IMG/VR virus record: IMGVR_UViG_3300021962_000031
Strand: one strand, 5' to 3'
Length of the DNA: 64,000 nucleotides
From: a virus
Shown here: one piece after another, positions 38,707 to 46,953 of the stretch
Position numbering within the stretch: the stretch's first letter is position 1
How the letters are laid out: the number at the start of each line of letters is the position of its first letter
Program-made: the position numbers and the translations under genes
The notes under the pieces: model-generated
The model's input: only the letters and a program-made list of their open reading frames with translations
The model's database searches: none
What the model was told of the DNA's origin: nothing

Positions 38707-38766
38707 TTTTTGATCCTCGGGGGGTGTAAACCGTAAGGTAATACACCACCCCCAAGGACTGAAAAA

Positions 38767-39060
38767 TTAAACGGCTGCCTTGCTTTTAACCAGATCAGTT
38801 TTGATTAGGTTGAGTCGTCCTATCAGTGTGTTCAGCGCAGCGATATCAATTGGCTTGCCGTGTTTCCTTTTTAGTTTCTTGAGCTTTACCCCCAAAGTTC
38901 GATAGGATGAAGCCCTAGACAAAACAATTTCTTTAGCCATCATTGGCGCATTTTTTGTCTTTGCCAGAGCCTTCATTTTATCGACAACTTCTGAGACAGT
39001 ATTGCTAGTTTCCCAGGCAAGAACAAATTCTTCGGGCGAAATCTTGTAATCAGTCTTCAT
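38767..39060 (-). CDS. Basic hypothetical protein
   Basis: GGAGG RBS before MKTDY; EFVLAW...RASSYR..GVKLK. Confidence 0.6.
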   Translation of the reverse strand: MKTDYKISPEEFVLAWETSNTVSEVVDKMKALAKTKNAPMMAKEIVLSRASSYRTLGVKLKKLKRKHGKPIDIAALNTLIGRLNLIKTDLVKSKAAV

Positions 39061-39225
39061 ATCCCACCTCCGTAGTAAAAACCTCCCACTCCAACATTCG
39101 ATTACGACAAAAATCCTATTGATGAACACCATCAATAATTTTTATCGCCAATTTAGCATCAAGAGTTTTTGACCAATCGTCAAGGGGTGACTTGTATTTA
39201 ATAAGATTATATCTTTTGTTATAAT

Positions 39226-39260
39226 AAAGTATAAAGCCCGCCAGAATTACTCTGGCGGGC
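39226..39260 (-). terminator. Intrinsic terminator
   Basis: GCCCGCCAGA-GTAAT-TCTGGCGGGC followed by TTTATACTTT. Confidence 0.8.
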
Positions 39261-39291
39261 AATTGCATTTTAGTGACTTGCCGACCGGATA

Positions 39292-40476
39292 TTAAACAGC
39301 AAGCCCCAAAACTTTATCCACAGCTTCAGAACGCATGGCTTTTGCTCTGGCCTTTAGGTTGTCCCAATCATTGAGACTAAGTCCGGCCAAGCGACCTCCG
39401 ATAGTATCGAAAGCGTACCATTGCTCGTTACTTAGACTTTGTCCGGCGCGAGTGAAGGCATTCACCACCCCAAACAAAGTATTCTTGGAAGAATCTGCCG
39501 CCAAAACTTCTTCCTGGTAAGCAGCCAAGACCTTAGACATCGGTTCTTTGGTGACTTTAAACTCCTGAGCCAGAGCGGCGAAAACCGGATAGATGGAACC
39601 ACTATCCCATTTCTTGGATCGTGTTTCCAACAACTGACCAATACCGCGAGGCAGGAGGGGGATTTGAGTCTCCAAGTTGCCTCGGATGGCGACATAGAGA
39701 ACTTCGTAATCTGGCTGGCCGTTGTGGCGCATCTTGAGGGCAATGCCCTTGGTTTGATCCCAGATGCAACCATTTTGGCAGATAGCCCTAAAAACTGACG
39801 GCAACGAGGAAAGGTGTCGCAGGCCAATCTCGGAATTGCCAACGGAGAGCATCCCGCCGTAGTCGCTATCTGATTCTTTCCGGATAGAATCGGGAATAAG
39901 GACATTGCCATAAATGGTGTCGGCATCTCCTCTCCAATGCGAAAGAAGGCCGTTGGGGATGATTTCTTTGAGGGTTTTCAACAGCCACTCATTATCAACT
40001 TCCATGTAGCGTTCGCTCAAAACGGCACGGAGAGTGCCGTCTTCACGGGTGCGCCAAAGAAGATTCTTTTCCTGATTGAGGTGGCGAAGACCATTCTCTA
40101 TCACTCGCACAAGAACTTCATGATCTTGTGGGTCTTTGCTGCCGTACAATTTGGTTGGCAGGAAATTGCCGACCCCAGCCCAGCGGGCCATCTGATTAAG
40201 AGCGTGAGAAGTCGGACGGAACTCTTTGCCTGAATCATGGTCTCGGATGACCATGTTTCCAATGCTGTCCAGGCTAGGACGAAACTGAGAGACAGGCGCC
40301 TCAAAGTCCACATTTTTGGACCGGCCCTCATAGAGCTTTTCCAAGCCCTGGTCAAAGGTGATGCATTTGTCCAACCATTTTCGGCTGACATTCTTGAAGC
40401 CGTCTTTGCTTCCCATTTCTTGGTTCTGGTGAACAAAATCGCCATTTTTACCGCTGCCAACAAGTGTATCGCTCAT
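39292..40476 (-). CDS. DUF932/DUF945-like protein
   Basis: RAVLSERY..VDN, NSEIG, FRAICQNG, RH, VNAFT. Confidence 0.75.
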   Translation of the reverse strand: MSDTLVGSGKNGDFVHQNQEMGSKDGFKNVSRKWLDKCITFDQGLEKLYEGRSKNVDFEAPVSQFRPSLDSIGNMVIRDHDSGKEFRPTSHALNQMARWAGVGNFLPTKLYGSKDPQDHEVLVRVIENGLRHLNQEKNLLWRTREDGTLRAVLSERYMEVDNEWLLKTLKEIIPNGLLSHWRGDADTIYGNVLIPDSIRKESDSDYGGMLSVGNSEIGLRHLSSLPSVFRAICQNGCIWDQTKGIALKMRHNGQPDYEVLYVAIRGNLETQIPLLPRGIGQLLETRSKKWDSGSIYPVFAALAQEFKVTKEPMSKVLAAYQEEVLAADSSKNTLFGVVNAFTRAGQSLSNEQWYAFDTIGGRLAGLSLNDWDNLKARAKAMRSEAVDKVLGLAV

Positions 40477-40612
40477 CTTGAACCTTGCTCCACTTATCCC
40501 ACTCTTGACGGTTGCTCCAATGCTTCCGCCTCACACATACTATGACAACCCATACAGACTTGACAATAGGATTTTACTAATTTTGTTTGTTTGGCTAAAT
40601 AATCGAATTATT

Positions 40613-40645
40613 AAAAAAGCACCCTCCACCAAAGTGAAGAGTGCT
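40613..40645 (-). terminator. Intrinsic terminator
   Basis: AGCACTCTTCAC-TTTG-GTGGAGGGTGCT followed by a T run. Confidence 0.75.
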
Positions 40646-40674
40646 ACGAAGGAGTTTTTCAGTAAAACTACCGC

Positions 40675-41193
40675 CTAAAACTTACCTTTGCTCATCAGTT
40701 TCAAGCGCAACTCGCGAACCTGGCCAAATATCTGATGAATTCTTTGCTTAGATAAGCCGATTTCTCGGACAATATCTATGACATTGTTGCCACGCCTGAC
40801 CATCTCAATTACCTGCCGGTTTTTCTCGCTCAGTCGCCTCATGAGAACTTCAGGTCTATCGTCATATTCTTCTGGATAAAAAACAGCATCGTAATCAGCA
40901 ATATCATGGGCGGCTTTCTGCTTCCTCTCTTTTTTGTAAACATCCAGAAAAGTCCACCTCAAACACTTAGTCAGATAAGTCAAAAAATTCGTCTTCCGAC
41001 TAGCGTCATAGCTCTGCATTGCCCGCCAAAGAGCAATTCCAGCAATGTGAACAGCTTCTTCTTTTCCGAGCTTGCCGACCCAATTTTGACTGCACTTATG
41101 CAGACAAGCTTCGTATTTTTTGTAATACTCGCTGTACTCTTGGTCGGACACTTCCCGGACTGGCTTGACGCCAATAATGCTTGCTAAACTCAT
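40675..41193 (-). CDS. Second phage sigma70-family factor
   Basis: IALWRAMQSYDASRKTNFLTYL; LSEKNRQVI...EIGLSKQRIHQI. Confidence 0.85.
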   Translation of the reverse strand: MSLASIIGVKPVREVSDQEYSEYYKKYEACLHKCSQNWVGKLGKEEAVHIAGIALWRAMQSYDASRKTNFLTYLTKCLRWTFLDVYKKERKQKAAHDIADYDAVFYPEEYDDRPEVLMRRLSEKNRQVIEMVRRGNNVIDIVREIGLSKQRIHQIFGQVRELRLKLMSKGKF

Positions 41194-41522
41194 TACTCGC
41201 CTCCTTTCGCAATCACAGGAGAGGGGGCGGTGTGACCAAATTGTTTGACAGCGGCGTGATACCCCTCGACATATCCGGTGGCGTGATCTGAATTGCCAGA
41301 TTTTAAAAGGGCGTCGCGGTAACCATCTTCGTAGCTAGGCTTGGAGCGGATTTCTGCCAACTCATCATTGAGCAGTTGGCCTCGCTGTTTTTCTATGTTG
41401 TAGCTGGCCTCCAACGCCTGGAGCCTATATTGCATGTGCTGACGCGGGGGAATGGTAAAAAACCAAAGGCATGTCGCCCATCCCAGCACGCCAACAAGAA
41501 TCAATATGTTTTTCAGACTCAC
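41193..41522 (-). CDS. N-anchored membrane protein
   Basis: TM segment then coiled coil; YEDGY/YVEGY. Confidence 0.6.
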   Translation of the reverse strand: MSLKNILILVGVLGWATCLWFFTIPPRQHMQYRLQALEASYNIEKQRGQLLNDELAEIRSKPSYEDGYRDALLKSGNSDHATGYVEGYHAAVKQFGHTAPSPVIAKGGE

Positions 41523-41950
41523 GGCCTATTCTCCACCTTTTTCAACAACCACCGACAATCCCCCACCACATCTGCATTCCAGCTACGAAAGCTAAACAAA
41601 TGACCCAGGGATAGGTGGCAAATTGGACAAAGCGTGATCAGATTATTCTGATCCAGCTCAAGTTCGGGTTTCAGGTGGAACGGTTCCACATGATGGACCT
41701 GAACCTGTTTCAACCTTCCGCAACCTGAGCAGGCCGGGAAAAGTTCTAGGTGTCTTTTTCTGACTCCGGGCCATTGCGGCGACCTTGGTTGTGCGCCATA
41801 GACATCTGGAGCGTCCAAAGCCCCCAGCATGTTGATCAATAAATCGGTTAACTGATCCAATGTTTGAGCAGAAACAACAACAGGCCTCCCTTCGTTGTCG
41901 CCAACAAAAAAAAGCCCGTCATCGCCCAAGCAAACACGGTACAAAATCAC
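41519..41950 (-). CDS. HNH endonuclease
   Basis: CSGC...VHH...NLITLCPICH. Confidence 0.85.
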   Translation of the reverse strand: MILYRVCLGDDGLFFVGDNEGRPVVVSAQTLDQLTDLLINMLGALDAPDVYGAQPRSPQWPGVRKRHLELFPACSGCGRLKQVQVHHVEPFHLKPELELDQNNLITLCPICHLSLGHLFSFRSWNADVVGDCRWLLKKVENRP

Positions 41951-42495
41951 TCACCAAGTGAATTACGCAAATCACGCAGAGCTTTTTCGATCAAGGACAA
42001 AGTTTCAGTCAGGGTGCTGCCCTTGGACTTCTCTTTTTTCTTGCTGGCGCGTGGATGCGCATCAGGCAACAGATCGTTGTCCTGCTTATAGTTGGGGTTG
42101 GACGGCCTGCCGTTTCGCAGCAAATAAAGAAACGCCTTAATTCGATTCAGGCCCCAACGAGTCCTGTCCATGCCTGGCGCATGACTGGTGCTAAAAGCAC
42201 CGGCTCCTCGACGGAAGACCGATTTCAGCATGGCCATATTGGCTTTAAACTTGGGATTTTTTGCGTTGTGTTCTTCCATCAGCTTGCGGATTTTCTTTTC
42301 CGTTTCCGCAGAAACTTCAATGGAATCATTAGGCTTAGAAGCAGAGTCTTTGGGATTTTTCTTGCTTCCACGCTTTCTTTCGTCTGGTTTTGCTGGTTTT
42401 TTTCTGGGGTCATTTTTATTTGGTCTGCCATATTGCAAAGCCTTAGCAATTTCTTCGTCCACAACGATTCTCCTGTTGTTAGTGATTTGACTCAA
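41947..42495 (-). CDS. Conserved basic phage hypothetical protein
   Basis: LKSVFRRGAGAFSTSH.PG....W...RIKAFL...QDNDLLP..HP. Confidence 0.65.
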   Translation of the reverse strand: MSQITNNRRIVVDEEIAKALQYGRPNKNDPRKKPAKPDERKRGSKKNPKDSASKPNDSIEVSAETEKKIRKLMEEHNAKNPKFKANMAMLKSVFRRGAGAFSTSHAPGMDRTRWGLNRIKAFLYLLRNGRPSNPNYKQDNDLLPDAHPRASKKKEKSKGSTLTETLSLIEKALRDLRNSLGE

Positions 42496-42629
42496 AATAA
42501 AGCATACGATTTTACCTAGGAATCTATCAAGGTATTTTTGTGAGTTTTTTTAAAAAATACCTAATATTACTAAATTGAATTTTTGATGATTGTTTTTAGA
42601 TTGTAAATTGACAGAAAAATAACAAATAT

Positions 42630-43683
42630 TTATTCATTCAATTCTTTTAGTCCAACCCTAATCAATATTTGCTTTCCTTCAACTTCATCACCATTATATC
42701 TGTAAATTGATCCAGATTCGTGAACAAATCCAAGCGTAGAAGGCAGGTGAAAATAGCGAGATGGATCGTTATCAAAAGAGCGATGCCTTTCGTAATAGTC
42801 AAGCGGCGCAACTTTAAAGTATGAATTGCCTACGGCATCTTCACCAGCATGGACAAATCCCCAGGAAAAATAATCGGTAGCAGAACCAGATTCATTGGCC
42901 AGCATAATCCGAACGGTTTCTAGGAAACCCTCAGCCTCATCCTGTGAGCTGTGGTGACCGATTACCATCTTGACTACCCAATTGCCATCATCGGTTTCAA
43001 CGACGCGACCTTTCAGGACACGCACGCCGACAGGACGAGTGCCACGCTCACAGGCCTTCAGGAATTCCATTTCTTTTTTGGTCACGAATCCCACCCCTCA
43101 GCTGGCCCCTGAGTCTTGGTCATTATGGAAATCCTTTCTTCTAACTCTTTTACATTGCCTTTCAGGCTAGAAATCTCTTCAACAAGTTCGTTATTTTCAA
43201 GCAGAAGATTATTAATCTGAACAAATAGTTCAGGAAGCAGCTTGCGACACTTTAAGACGAAATCCATGTCCAGTTGATCGAGTCCGCCCAAACCACTCCG
43301 GTAATAAGCGTCTTCATAACAATGGACAGGCGAAGCAAGAGAGATGGCTTTCTGCAATTCGTAATACGCATTATTCATCGCAGCCCCCTGCTCATAGCGA
43401 CAAACTCTCCCAACAAGTCGCGCATTTCTTCGGCGTCAGACTCGCTGAGCATGACTTCCTGGTAGCAACGGGCACGACCTGTAAAAACATAAGCCAGAGC
43501 ATTCCATACTCTTGCGAGGAAAGAAGGATGTGGGGCCAAGTGGATAGCCAGACAACATTCAAGCTCTACCAACCCAAACGCAGAATCATTCCATTCATCT
43601 AAAGTAAGAACAGCGTGATGATGGTAATTAGCGCATTGACAAAAAGCGGCTACTCGGCGAGGCGGTTTCATTGCTTGACCCAC
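42630..43683 (-). other. Three coupled hypothetical CDSs (42630-43094, 43082-43378, 43375-43683)
   Basis: Overlapping start/stop chain; no recognisable motifs. Confidence 0.55.
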
Positions 43684-44234
43684 TTAAGCCAAGAATTATC
43701 AGAAAAAACAAGGTCTGGTTTTTCAAATGCTTCATCGACAGCCTGAATAACTCCAGGCCAACTGGGATGGTAATCGTGACCGCAAATCGCCAGCTTGCAA
43801 CGCAGAAGCCAGAATTCAATGTCGGCCTTCACGCCCTTGTAGGTGTGTTCCCCATCGATGTAAGTTGCGTCAACGGAAAGGAGCCAGGGATGGTCAGCGA
43901 AATCGGACGAGGTTCCCTTTAGCTTGGTCAGCCGATAACAATCCATGGTCCGCTTGTCAAAAGCTTCCTCGACCAAGGTCATATTGTGGCTGCTAGCGTT
44001 ATCGTTGGGGTCGTAGCCGGCTTTCCAGGGATCGATACAGAAGATCATGGCGTTGGGGAGGAAGGCGTGCCAGAGTACAGCAGACTCCCCAGCAAAGCAT
44101 CCGATCTCAACAAAGGACCAAACCGTCCCTTTGTCGAGTAGCGTCCTTGCTAGCTCCTGAATCCCAAGAATGCTGAGCTTGTCTTGCCGCATGGGATACA
44201 TGAGACATTTCCTAGGTAAGAAAAAAGGCGGCAA
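43668..44234 (-). CDS. Class I SAM methyltransferase (Methyltransf_24-like)
   Basis: VEIGCFAGES, IDPW, YIDGEHTY.GV..DI, GHDY. Confidence 0.85.
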   Translation of the reverse strand: MPPFFLPRKCLMYPMRQDKLSILGIQELARTLLDKGTVWSFVEIGCFAGESAVLWHAFLPNAMIFCIDPWKAGYDPNDNASSHNMTLVEEAFDKRTMDCYRLTKLKGTSSDFADHPWLLSVDATYIDGEHTYKGVKADIEFWLLRCKLAICGHDYHPSWPGVIQAVDEAFEKPDLVFSDNSWLKWVKQ

Positions 44235-44250
44235 CCTTGCGGTCGCCGCC
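44219..44250 (-). terminator. Terminator directly after the tRNA
   Basis: GGCGGCGACC-GCAA-GGTTGCCGCC-TTTTTT. Confidence 0.85.
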
Positions 44251-44253
44251 CAT

Positions 44254-44325
44254 TTCGGGAGGCTGGATTTGAACCAGCGACCTCCAGGTTATGGGCCTGG
44301 CGAGCTACCACTGCTCCACTCCCGT
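44254..44325 (-). tRNA. tRNA-Met(CAT), initiator type, no encoded CCA
   Basis: ACGGGAG TG GAGC AGTGGTA GCTC G CCAGG CCCATAA CCTGG AGGTC GCTGG TTCAAAT CCAGC CTCCCGA A; 1:72 mismatch and A11:U24. Confidence 0.92.
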
Positions 44326-44416
44326 GAAAACGCACGATAAGGGATGGCAAATCGTGCGCTCATCGCTAGCTGTGCCGACCGGGTTCCCCAGTCCAAAACA
44401 CTAGGCTAGCAATTTT

Positions 44417-44773
44417 TCAGTAGCGACAGCATGCGTAGAACATGCCGTTGCGCCCTTGTGCAACGCCAATTTCGCGGGGCGAACCGCCAAAACGGGGCTT
44501 GCAGCAGGAATTAATGGCAGCCTGGGGGGTAGAACCCATTCCCACACCCTCAAAGCGATAACCGCCACGGAAAAAATGGCCAATCCTGCCAATCCCGGCC
44601 AAATAGGCCGCTACTTCCTGAGCATTAGTAACCGTGGTGACGGTGGTTGTGGTTTTAGTCTGGGTCACGGTTTTGGTGGCTGGGACCACAACCGCCTTGC
44701 GGCGGAAGGGGCCAGCCGAAGCCGCAGAAGCCACCATTGCCAGGGCCAACAAACCAAAAGCAAATCGCTTCAT
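44417..44773 (-). CDS. Small secreted protein
   Basis: MKRFAFGLLALAMVASAASA|GPFRRK; H..G..EGVG...CC...YACCRY. Confidence 0.7.
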   Translation of the reverse strand: MKRFAFGLLALAMVASAASAGPFRRKAVVVPATKTVTQTKTTTTVTTVTNAQEVAAYLAGIGRIGHFFRGGYRFEGVGMGSTPQAAINSCCKPRFGGSPREIGVAQGRNGMFYACCRY

Positions 44774-44955
44774 GTTTACCTCGTCCATGAAAAAAAGGCA
44801 CAGGCCGCCTGCCCACGCCGACTCCATATGATAGAAACGCCGATGTAACCGTCTAGGTTATCTCCAAGAATTTTTTCGGAGAAGCATCCAAGTAATAAAA
44901 GTGAAACTGGCCACACAAGCTAGGTCAGATATGCATCGATACAAATCGTATTCCT

Positions 44956-45579
44956 TCACGGCAAGAACCTCCATGTAGGTGTGGGATTAGGAAGCCAACC
45001 AGCCTCATAGGCTTCACTCCCTAAAATTTCCCGCAACGCATCTAACTTTAACCGCTTGGAATACAATGGAATGTTCCTGTATTGGTCATCAAGTAAATCG
45101 TAAACTTTATAAATCAAATCATTATCTCGCTGAACAATCTTCCAAAAATCCCGGGATTCACCGTAACTTTGCAAGATGTTGCGACGACAGACCTCATCAA
45201 AAGGTCGGTTGTACTTCATCGCCCAGATCATGTAACAGGTTGTCCCTTCCACATAAAAATCTATATAGAAAAACTTCTTGGCATCTGCCAGTTTTGCCCG
45301 ACAGTTCAGCGTCTCCTCGTAGGCGTTTCGAGCCTTGTTCAGATTGGTGCATTCGGGGTATGCGAACAACTCCAGGTCCTGGGCGACCTGAGCCAAAAGC
45401 TGTTGAAAGAATAGGTTGTCTTGAACGACTGCCGGGGGGAGCCACACTCGCTCAACAATGATCAGGTAGACGAGGACAAGCTTAGCCAGCCCCAGCATGA
45501 TCTGGCCGTTCTTGTTTTGGTTTGACCCGAATAGTCCAGTAAACGACCCATTCCAAAAAACGCCAAAAGCCAATGGCAT
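44956..45579 (-). CDS. Hypothetical protein
   Basis: ORF; true start probably MLGLAK near 45498. Confidence 0.55.
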   Translation of the reverse strand: MPLAFGVFWNGSFTGLFGSNQNKNGQIMLGLAKLVLVYLIIVERVWLPPAVVQDNLFFQQLLAQVAQDLELFAYPECTNLNKARNAYEETLNCRAKLADAKKFFYIDFYVEGTTCYMIWAMKYNRPFDEVCRRNILQSYGESRDFWKIVQRDNDLIYKVYDLLDDQYRNIPLYSKRLKLDALREILGSEAYEAGWLPNPTPTWRFLP

Positions 45580-46027
45580 CTAAAACAGGATTGAGCCAGC
45601 TGGACATCACGCAGAAATGGCTGGCGTAGGGGCTGATGTGGTGGCGGGCGTGGTGACGGGCATTTTGCAAAATGCCGGTGTCCTGAAGGACGCGGATCGG
45701 GCGGGGGATGCCAGCGCGGTGGGTGAAGGCGTGTAGCTCGTTAGCCTGGGCCGCGCAAAAGGCAACCAACGCCCACCACCACTGCTCCTGGTAAGCCAAG
45801 AGAGCGGCGACGGTCAGACAGGGGATGAGGGTGGTGTTATTGCGGGTCCAGTAGCTTCCACGCAGAAAAGCTCGAGGTTCGGCGTGGTGAAGTTCGTTCG
45901 GGGCGGCCACCAGGGGGCCGAAAACTGGCCATTTAGGGTTGGCGTACCGATCCTCAAACCAGTGAAACAGACCGGTCAGGAAGTCGGCGGTGAGCCAAGC
46001 TGTCAGAACAAAACCAATCCAATACAT
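45482..46027 (-). CDS. CarF/TMEM189/FAD4 (Kua) family lipid desaturase
   Basis: ADFLTGLFHWFED, HHAEP, NELHAFTH, HARHH, FC..SWLNPVLD..FWR.LE; TM segments. Confidence 0.88.
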   Translation of the reverse strand: MYWIGFVLTAWLTADFLTGLFHWFEDRYANPKWPVFGPLVAAPNELHHAEPRAFLRGSYWTRNNTTLIPCLTVAALLAYQEQWWWALVAFCAAQANELHAFTHRAGIPRPIRVLQDTGILQNARHHARHHISPYASHFCVMSSWLNPVLDAIGFWRFLEWVVYWTIRVKPKQERPDHAGAG

Positions 46028-46077
46028 CGTGGGCCTGCCTGTGGCTGACCCACCCCAACATTAATAACCCAAATGGA

Positions 46078-46599
46078 TTATTCCTTGTTCACTAAGGTCG
46101 AAATGGCCTTGATGGCCCGGGAATACTTCATGCGTAACGCATCGGTCTTTTCTGCATTTAGCCGTTTGGCTATTTGATCCCAGTCCAAACCGTCACTCCT
46201 CATGCAGAAAATAGGCCACAAATCACCATTAAGATGACTACGCAGACAATGTAAAGACTCATCGCCACACAGATTTTCCAACACATTTCCATTGTTGTCG
46301 GATAAATCAACATCCAGATTGTTAGAAACACGACGACAGTCGCGCTTTTTCCTCTGAATCTGTCGCAGTTTGTCTTTGGATAACTGGGCAGCCATCCGCT
46401 TGACGAGACAATCCTGGTGTTCTTTTGGCATGGTCTGCCTTTTGTCGGCGGGAACCTTGCGGATGAAGTTTATCGACAGTTCCTGGCAGAAGTCTTCAAC
46501 TTCCCACTCCCTTTTCAGCAGTGGCCTCTTCTTCATAATGGCATTTAGATAGCCATTGGTATATAAAGATACAACAGGATCATATGTGTTAGCAACCAT
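46078..46599 (-). CDS. ECF-like sigma factor
   Basis: EVEDFCQE; MRSDGLDWDQIAKRL...DALRMKYSRAI. Confidence 0.7.
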   Translation of the reverse strand: MVANTYDPVVSLYTNGYLNAIMKKRPLLKREWEVEDFCQELSINFIRKVPADKRQTMPKEHQDCLVKRMAAQLSKDKLRQIQRKKRDCRRVSNNLDVDLSDNNGNVLENLCGDESLHCLRSHLNGDLWPIFCMRSDGLDWDQIAKRLNAEKTDALRMKYSRAIKAISTLVNKE

Positions 46600-46763
46600 A
46601 AATGCCTTGATCTTATAGGGACGCGATCAGGGTCATTCATGACCGGCAAATTATCCATAACAAAATTAAGAACATTGGGGGCAACAATGCTCTCAATTTC
46701 CCCACGCTAGATGTTGGTCGTTATGGTGTCAAGTAGAATATTCAAATTGCGTAATTTAGAAAA

Positions 46764-46886
46764 ACCTGAAGAGAGACTCGAACTCTCATGACCAGACTGT
46801 GCGATCCGGTATCTTCTGGCGGGGAAACGGTCGCACCCTATCCCCGCCTGGCCCTTGGCTGCTTCTGCAATCGACCACCCACAAGC
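46764..46886 (-). ncRNA. Candidate tRNA-like structured RNA
   Basis: Canonical T-arm GAGAG-TTCGAGT-CTCTC near the 3' end, plus two strong hairpins with complementary loops. Confidence 0.5.
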
Positions 46887-46953
46887 ATAATGAGAAGTCA
46901 AAAGAAGCAACTTAGATCATTCAGGCACAAGGTATTAACCGAGTAGGCTGAGG

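Noticed and set aside
46853-46865. GAAGCAGCCAAGG match to the SRP RNA core
   Set aside because: The partner CAGG strand and GNRA-capped helix are absent, so it is probably chance.
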